A stretch of DNA of 34,465 bases from an uncultured Eubacterium sp. (GTDB lineage: Bacteria; Bacillota; Clostridia; Lachnospirales; Lachnospiraceae). The first letter of the stretch is position 1. Every line of letters starts with the position of its first letter. Of the stretch, positions 26,843 to 34,465 are shown piece after piece. The translations under genes and the position numbers were made by a program. The stretch spans positions 1 to 34,465 of the forward strand of contig CAZJSI010000007.1 in NCBI GenBank assembly GCA_964548675.1, read 5' to 3'. The notes beneath the pieces were generated by a model, which was given only the letters and a program-made list of their open reading frames with translations, did no database searches and was not told the origin of the DNA.

Positions 26843-26917
26843 GTACCATAGGAAATTGCTCCGCAATATTCCTATGATACAAAATCCCTACGGGAAAACG
26901 ATGCGCAAGGAGGAATT

Positions 26918-27157
26918 ATGAGATTAGACAAATTTTTAAAGGTATCCCGCCTGATCAAACGCCGTACTGTCGCAAACGAGGCCTGTGATGCAGGTCGTGT
27001 CATGGTGAACGGCAAGCCGGCGAAGGCGTCATTGAATGTGAAAGTCGGGGATATCATTGAGATTGCATTCGGAAATAAATCCGTAAAAGTGGAAGTACTT
27101 CAGATCGCGGACACTTCCAGAAAAGAAGAAGCAAAAGAAATGTTTCGATACCTGTAA
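26918..27157 (+). CDS. yabO: S4-domain RNA-binding protein YabO/RqcP
   Basis: MRLDKFLKVSRLIKRRTVA...GRV.VNG..AK....VKVGD; conserved position. Confidence 0.95.
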   Translation: MRLDKFLKVSRLIKRRTVANEACDAGRVMVNGKPAKASLNVKVGDIIEIAFGNKSVKVEVLQIADTSRKEEAKEMFRYL

Positions 27158-27187
27158 CTGTTTCATAGACAAGTTTTTCAATTGTTG

Positions 27188-27216
27188 TAATATCTGTAAG
27201 AAACCTCCCATATAAT
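27188..27216 (+). promoter_or_regulatory. Sigma-E-like promoter of yabPQ
   Basis: ATA at 27190-27192, 16 nt, then CATATAAT at 27209-27216; yabPQ is sigma-E dependent in B. subtilis. Confidence 0.6.
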
Positions 27217-27241
27217 AGAAACAACGAGGGAGGTTTTTTGT

Positions 27242-27526
27242 ATGGAAGAGAGACAGGCATCCAGACAGCACAAAATAATTCTCACGAACAGAGGAACTTG
27301 TGCATTAAATGGAATTTCGGATATTTTATCCTTTGACGTAAATGAGATTTTACTTGAAACAGATATGGGAATGCTCATGATACGGGGAACAGATCTGCAT
27401 GTGAACCGCCTGACGCTGGAAAAAGGGGAAGTAGATATATCAGGAAAAATAGATTCCCTGCAGTACTCAGATATGGCGAAAGGAGGCAGACAGGGAGAAT
27501 CGCTCCTCAGTCGTCTGTTCAAGTGA
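27242..27526 (+). CDS. yabP: Sporulation protein YabP
   Basis: H.I.L.NR....L.G..D..SFD..EILLET.MG.L.IRG..LH...L.LEKG; synteny. Confidence 0.95.
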   Translation: MEERQASRQHKIILTNRGTCALNGISDILSFDVNEILLETDMGMLMIRGTDLHVNRLTLEKGEVDISGKIDSLQYSDMAKGGRQGESLLSRLFK

Positions 27527-28017
27527 TGATCAACCAGGATATTCCACAGCAGGCAAGGCTGTTTTTGATGGCGGCGTCAACCGGCATAGGAATGTTGTTC
27601 GTGTATGACCTGTTCAGAATTTTCCGGCGGGTGGCAAAGCATGGAACAACCTGGATCGCCATTGAAGATATGTTTTTCTGGGTCGGCTGTGCCTTTTGGC
27701 TCTTTCGGCTTATGTACAGGCAGAATGACGGAAATATCAGAGGATTTGTGATCCTCGGGGTATTTGCAGGAATGTTGCTCTACAGCCTGGGATGCAGCCG
27801 TTTCATTGTAAGGGGCGGAACGGCAATACTGCAGTTCATTGTAAAAATAATGGCGAAAGCCGTGAGGGGGCTGTCCGCCCCATTCCGGTTCGTCGGGCGG
27901 CGTATCGGGCTGGGAGCAAAGTCGGCCGGACATTTATGTAAAAAAAATGGCCGCTATATGAAAAAACGATTGAAAAAATTGTGCAAAGCAGTTAGAATGG
28001 GTTTATGCAAACTTTGA
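27526..28017 (+). CDS. yabQ: Spore cortex biosynthesis protein YabQ
   Basis: YDLFRIFRR, EDMFFW, DGNIRGF, TM helices, basic tail; follows yabP. Confidence 0.92.
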   Translation: MINQDIPQQARLFLMAASTGIGMLFVYDLFRIFRRVAKHGTTWIAIEDMFFWVGCAFWLFRLMYRQNDGNIRGFVILGVFAGMLLYSLGCSRFIVRGGTAILQFIVKIMAKAVRGLSAPFRFVGRRIGLGAKSAGHLCKKNGRYMKKRLKKLCKAVRMGLCKL

Positions 28018-28034
28018 TGAAGGTGGCGTTACAT

Positions 28035-28334
28035 ATGCAGAAAATGAAAAAGAAGAAAAAGAAACAAAATCGTGCCGGTAAAATATGCATTTCCTGCATA
28101 GTGTTGGTGATGACGTTGATCCTGTCTGTTCAGATCGTGCGGCTGTATGGGAAAAATGAGGAATATAAACAACAGCAGAAACAGCTGGAGGCACAGCTTC
28201 AGGAGGAACAGGAGAGGGCGAAGGATTTACAGGAACAGGAAGATTATGTTGGTTCGGACCAATATGTGGAAGATACCGCCAAGTCCAAATTGGGAATGGC
28301 TTATGAGGATGAAATCGTATTTAAAGAGCAGTAA
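28035..28334 (+). CDS. divIC: Septum formation initiator DivIC/FtsB
   Basis: Basic N-terminus, TM, coiled coil, YVEDTAKSKLGM...EIVF; start 28035 after GAAGGTGG. Confidence 0.9.
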   Translation: MQKMKKKKKKQNRAGKICISCIVLVMTLILSVQIVRLYGKNEEYKQQQKQLEAQLQEEQERAKDLQEQEDYVGSDQYVEDTAKSKLGMAYEDEIVFKEQ

Positions 28335-28338
28335 CAGT

Positions 28339-28370
28339 AAGACCATCGTGTGAAACGGTGGTCTTTTTTT
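28339..28370 (+). terminator. Rho-independent terminator after divIC
   Basis: AAGACCATCGT-gtgaa-ACGGTGGTCTT followed by TTTTT. Confidence 0.85.
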
Positions 28371-28458
28371 AGGAAATTACCCTGCAATATCCGGAAAAAC
28401 TTCTTAAAATACTTGAGCACCATAAAATCGATTCGAAAAGATAAAGGGAAACGAACTT

Positions 28459-28523
28459 TGCCGAAAAGTTTTTAAAAAACGGACAATCGTTTGACAAAGA
28501 TTTTTGACCGGACGTTTTAGAAT
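28459..28523 (+). promoter_or_regulatory. Spo0A-dependent spoIIE promoter
   Basis: 0A box TGCCGAA at 28459-28465; TTGACA 28491-28496 (overlapping TGACAAA), N21, TAGAAT 28518-28523. Confidence 0.7.
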
Positions 28524-28557
28524 ATCTCCCAGACTAAAATGTCAGGAGGAATAAATT

Positions 28558-30393
28558 ATGAAACGATTTGATCTGAAGCAACTGGTAATCTGTATTTTGG
28601 CGGTATTATCGTCCCGGTTTGAGGTGGCGGGGGTGCATCCGCTCGTTCCGACTATTTTTATGACCGGATTTCTGTCCGGCGTCAATCGAAGCCTGCTGTT
28701 TTTGTGTACGATCGGCGGTCTGATCGTATTGGCGCCGGTCACGGCGCTCGTCAAATACGGGCTTGCCGTGATCCTTTCCGCAGTACTTGTGAAATTGTTT
28801 GAATGGTATTTTCAGAAATGCAGAACCTTCGTGGCGGCTGCGTTGGCAGGTATTGTCACCGTAGGGATCACTCTCTCCTGGGAGATGATGAAGATTCACA
28901 ATACGAGTACCGTGCTGATCGGAGTTCTGGAAGGAGTGTTTATCTATGGATTTGTTTACGTGTGTACCCGGCTTTCCTATCTGTTCCTGGACTGGGAACC
29001 CTATATGCAGGGGGCAGGGCCGGTATATGTTCAGGGAGGACAAAAACTGAGTGATTATGCGGAATCCTTTGAAAAATTGTCCAGGACATTCCATCAAATG
29101 AATCGCTACAAGGACGATTTTACGGCAGAGGAGCTGAGCAGGATGCAGAGCGAGGTCACAGGGAGAGTCTGCGTGTCCTGCAGCCAGTGCGCGGTATGCT
29201 GGGAAAATGATGAGACGCCCATGTATCAGATCTTGTACCGCTTTCTGCAGTCCCTGCAGCGGGGGAAAGATGTGGAGGACAGCAGGGAAGAGCTGAATCA
29301 GTATTGCCCTTATACGCAGGAGCTGGTGGAGCAGGTGTTATTGGTCTTTGAAAAGGCACATCTGAATATGGCATGGTATAACCGCCTGCAGGAGAACCGG
29401 GATGTTATCGCACAGCAATTGGATGCGATGGCCTATATCATGGAGGACTGTGCACGGGAAGAGCAGGATGTGACGGCAAAAGAGGGAAAGATAACTGCAA
29501 CGGTTCGTTACGCTTGGAAAGAAAGAGGGGTAATGATTGAAAGCCTGCGCATTTTACAGAACGCGGGAGGCAAGCTTAAAATTCTGTTCAGGGGAAGAAC
29601 AAGAGGAAATAAATGTATATCTGTGAAAGAAATGGCAAAAATAATCAGCAGTATGACGGGGCGCAGCTTTGCCCCGTCTAAGGACAGCAAGGCCCTGCTT
29701 GGGGAAAAAAGTGCATCGCTCATATTTCTGGAGACCTGCCGTTTGACTGCGTATTACGGCGTGGCGCGGGCGGTGCGGGAGGATGAACAGGTATCGGGAG
29801 ACAATTTTTCCTTCCAGATGCTTGACAACGGAAAGTGTGTCATGAGCGTTTCGGATGGCATGGGAAGCGGTTATGCGGCTTGTAAAGAAAGCGAAATGGT
29901 GATAGATTTAATAGAGAAATTCATGGAGGCCGGGTTTCGTCCGGACACGGCGCTTCGGATGATGAATTCCGCGATGGTGACGCACGGAGAAAACAATTTG
30001 TTTTCTACTGTGGACATGATGTATCTGGATCTGGACAGCGGCGTCGGTGAATTTTATAAGGTCGGGGCGTCGGTGACTTTTATCCGCCATGGGAAGGATG
30101 TGCTTTGTGTGGATTGTGTCAGTATGCCGGTTGGCGTATTTGCCAATCAGCAGGCGCCAAAAAGCTGTGAGGAGCTGGGTAACGGTGATTTTGTTGTGAT
30201 GGTGACGGACGGCGTGCTGGAGCATCTGCATGTGGAGGATCCGAAAGAGACAGTGATGGATATTATCCGGGCAGTGGATACGAACAATCCCGCGCAGTTT
30301 TCCAGGGAGATATTGGAACAGGTATTGTTATACACCGGAGGGAGAGTGCGGGATGATATGACTGTTTTAACCGCGGGGATATGGGAAAAGTAG
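28558..30393 (+). CDS. spoIIE: Stage II sporulation protein E (PP2C phosphatase)
   Basis: N-terminal TMs, CVSCSQCAVCW, VSGD, SDGMGSG, MVTDG, DDMTV; position before tilS. Confidence 0.92.
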   Translation: MKRFDLKQLVICILAVLSSRFEVAGVHPLVPTIFMTGFLSGVNRSLLFLCTIGGLIVLAPVTALVKYGLAVILSAVLVKLFEWYFQKCRTFVAAALAGIVTVGITLSWEMMKIHNTSTVLIGVLEGVFIYGFVYVCTRLSYLFLDWEPYMQGAGPVYVQGGQKLSDYAESFEKLSRTFHQMNRYKDDFTAEELSRMQSEVTGRVCVSCSQCAVCWENDETPMYQILYRFLQSLQRGKDVEDSREELNQYCPYTQELVEQVLLVFEKAHLNMAWYNRLQENRDVIAQQLDAMAYIMEDCAREEQDVTAKEGKITATVRYAWKERGVMIESLRILQNAGGKLKILFRGRTRGNKCISVKEMAKIISSMTGRSFAPSKDSKALLGEKSASLIFLETCRLTAYYGVARAVREDEQVSGDNFSFQMLDNGKCVMSVSDGMGSGYAACKESEMVIDLIEKFMEAGFRPDTALRMMNSAMVTHGENNLFSTVDMMYLDLDSGVGEFYKVGASVTFIRHGKDVLCVDCVSMPVGVFANQQAPKSCEELGNGDFVVMVTDGVLEHLHVEDPKETVMDIIRAVDTNNPAQFSREILEQVLLYTGGRVRDDMTVLTAGIWEK

Positions 30394-30406
30394 AAGTGGA
30401 GGCGCT

Positions 30407-31873
30407 ATGCAAAAGAAAATACAGATATTTTTGGAAAAGTATCATATGATAGAACAGGGTGATCATATCATTGCGGGCATTTCCGGAGGTGCGGATTCTG
30501 TCTGCCTTCTGTTGGTCTTAAAGAAACTGCAGGAGACGATAGATTTTAACCTGACCGCTGTCCATGTAGAACATGGAATCCGGGGTGAGGAGAGCCTCCG
30601 GGACGCCGCATTTGCAGAAAAATTCTGTCAGGAGCAGCAGATTCCGTTTCTGATGTTTTCTGTGGACGCCCCCAAAAAGGCGGAGGAAGGCCGTCAAACG
30701 TTGGAGGAAGCCGCAAGAGAACTGCGTTATAACTGTTTTTATCAGGCATGTCAACGCTGCGGGGGAAATAAGATCGCAGTGGCGCATCACGGAGATGACT
30801 GTGCGGAGACGATATTGTTTCATTTAAGCAGAGGAACCGGAATACGGGGGCTTTGCGGTATTGTTCCGGTGCGGGACGGCCCGGCGGATTTTTTTGCACC
30901 GGAAGCCGGGGAACCGTCGTATCCGGTGATCCGTCCTCTGCTCGGAGTGACTCGGACGGAAATTGAGCAGTTTCTGGAAAAGCGGGGACAGACGTACTGC
31001 ATGGACAGTACAAACGGCGACATGTCGCTGACAAGAAACCGGATCAGAAACAAAGTTTTGCCGGAGCTTGAAGCCGTCAATTCACAGACAGTACAGCATA
31101 TGGTCAGGACGGCAGGATATCTGGAGGAGGTGTGTGATTTCCTTGATACTGCGGCGTGGGAGGCCGGTAAAGAGTATGTGATCTGCGCCTATGAGAGAGA
31201 ACAGATACAGGAAATACGCATTTTGGCGGAAGGTTTTGCGGCGCTCCATCCGGTTCTTCAGAAAAATCTGATCCATCGGCTTTTGGGAGAAATCGCAGGC
31301 AGCCGAAAGGATATCACCGCTTCGCATATAGATTCGGTCTGCAGCCTGTTTGAACACGGCGTGGGAAAGGTTCAGTCGCTTCCGTATGGAATTTGGGCAA
31401 AAAGAGAATACGATGCCGTGGCGTTTATGCGCCGGGAGAATATGAGTGGGCGTTTGGACAAAAATGAGAATGAAGAAAAGGAATTACAGATTCCCGGTGA
31501 GACTGTTTGGGATGACAGCCTGCACATACGGACAGAAATCTTTCCGTATGATGGAAATTTTAAAAAAATTCCGCAAAAAACATATACGAAATGGTTTGAT
31601 TATGATAAAATAAAAAATACTGTTCAGGTGAGAACAAGACGGCCGGGAGATTATTTTCAGGTAGATGGATCCGGCGGACATAAGAAGCTGAAGAACTTTT
31701 TGATTGATGCAAAAGTCCCGCAGGAGAAGCGGAGCAGGATAGTGCTTCTGGCGGAGGGCAGCCATATTTTGTGGGCAGTCGGTTATCGCATCAGCGAAGC
31801 TTATAAAGTAACACAAAAGACAAAGCGCATTTTATCTATATGCGTAGATGGAGGAAAAAACGAAAATGAGTGA
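30407..31873 (+). CDS. tilS: tRNA(Ile)-lysidine synthetase
   Basis: SGGADS, HVEHGIR, EEAARELRY, AHH.DD.AET, IRPLL, RNRIR, C-terminal KKLK.FLIDAKVP. Confidence 0.97.
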   Translation: MQKKIQIFLEKYHMIEQGDHIIAGISGGADSVCLLLVLKKLQETIDFNLTAVHVEHGIRGEESLRDAAFAEKFCQEQQIPFLMFSVDAPKKAEEGRQTLEEAARELRYNCFYQACQRCGGNKIAVAHHGDDCAETILFHLSRGTGIRGLCGIVPVRDGPADFFAPEAGEPSYPVIRPLLGVTRTEIEQFLEKRGQTYCMDSTNGDMSLTRNRIRNKVLPELEAVNSQTVQHMVRTAGYLEEVCDFLDTAAWEAGKEYVICAYEREQIQEIRILAEGFAALHPVLQKNLIHRLLGEIAGSRKDITASHIDSVCSLFEHGVGKVQSLPYGIWAKREYDAVAFMRRENMSGRLDKNENEEKELQIPGETVWDDSLHIRTEIFPYDGNFKKIPQKTYTKWFDYDKIKNTVQVRTRRPGDYFQVDGSGGHKKLKNFLIDAKVPQEKRSRIVLLAEGSHILWAVGYRISEAYKVTQKTKRILSICVDGGKNENE

Positions 31874-32390
31874 ATCGATCAGAGTTATGTTTACCGAGGA
31901 GCAGGTAGACGGCAAAATCAGAGAACTTGGCGCGAAAATCAGTGAAGATATGGATGGGGAACCGTTGAAGGTTATCTGCATTTTAAAGGGCGCCAGTTTT
32001 TTTGCGTGTGAACTGGCAAAGCGTATTACAGTCCCGGTTTCCATTGATTTTATGTCCGTGTCCAGTTACGGAGACGGAACGGAATCAACGGGCGTGGTGA
32101 AGATCGTGAAAGATCTTGACAGTCCCGTTGAAGGGGAAAATGTGCTGATCGTGGAGGATATTATCGACTCCGGAAACACATTAAATTTCCTGGCGGAGCA
32201 TTTTAAAAACAGAGGGGCAAAGAGCGTCCGCATCTGTGCTCTGCTGAGTAAGCCGTCACGCCGGGTAGTAGAAGTTCCGGCTGATTATATCGGCTATGAG
32301 ATACCGGACGTATTTGTCGTTGGGTATGGACTTGACTATGCGCAGAAATATCGGAATCTGCCATATATAGGAGTTGTTGAATTTAATTAG
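31866..32390 (+). CDS. hpt: Hypoxanthine phosphoribosyltransferase
   Basis: ILKGA, VSSYG, VEDIIDSGNT, FVVGYGLDY...YRNLPYIG; GGAGG at 31850 favours ATG 31866. Confidence 0.97.
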   Translation: MSESIRVMFTEEQVDGKIRELGAKISEDMDGEPLKVICILKGASFFACELAKRITVPVSIDFMSVSSYGDGTESTGVVKIVKDLDSPVEGENVLIVEDIIDSGNTLNFLAEHFKNRGAKSVRICALLSKPSRRVVEVPADYIGYEIPDVFVVGYGLDYAQKYRNLPYIGVVEFN

Positions 32391-32410
32391 AAAAAAGGAG
32401 GACCTTGAGA

Positions 32411-34270
<1,860 letters not shown>

Positions 34271-34406
34271 CAGATAATTGTGTAGATTTCTGTGAAAATC
34301 GGAGATGGTTACCTAAAAGTAATGGGAAAAGTGTACAAAAAATAAAGAGAAAAATTGTCAAGTTTATGCACACTTATTTGATAGGATTTGTTATTATAAT
34401 ACCTGT

Positions 34407-34465
34407 AAATACCCCCAATACATTATATAGTTTTTTGCTACCCCCATAGTAAAAAATACCTTCTC
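34407..34465 (+). ncRNA. Candidate small RNA with C-rich motifs (cut by window edge)
   Basis: TATAAT at 34395-34400; TACCCCCA twice, plus TACCTTCTC; hairpin TTTTTTGCTA-CCCCCA-TAGTAAAAAA. Confidence 0.3.

Overview
Chromosomal segment of a spore-forming Clostridia (Lachnospiraceae-like by gene order and protein style; inference). All real genes are on the + strand. The left ~20 kb is an accessory cell-surface locus with three parts. (i) A Dlt-like acyl-transfer operon: adenylation enzyme, carrier protein, fold-III PLP decarboxylase, MBOAT with a fused DltX-type Tyr tail, and a DltD/SGNH-like protein. (ii) A teichoic-acid-like polymer pathway: priming sugar-1-P transferase, TagGH-type ABC exporter, two LicD proteins, SDR + TarI/IspD, and a TagF-like polymerase. 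(iii) Two secreted peptidoglycan enzymes (L,D-transpeptidase, phage-tail-type lysozyme) that share 13 copies of an unrecognised ~55-aa Tyr-rich repeat. The right ~14 kb is core genome: T-box-proS, cca, cotS-like, pgm, hup, yabO-yabP-yabQ-divIC, spoIIE, tilS, hpt, ftsH. The most interesting signal is the A-domain, which lacks the alpha-amino-binding Asp and sits next to a BtrK-like decarboxylase. This suggests non-D-Ala (omega-amino-acyl) decoration of a wall polymer, possibly read by the novel repeat. Other signals: a T-box with a ~100-nt insert in Stem I, an RBS-sequestering hairpin around the yabP sigma-E promoter, a perfect 22-bp inverted repeat in the cotS leader, and a candidate C-rich-loop sRNA at the right edge. 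All alignments were done by eye; no database searches were run.
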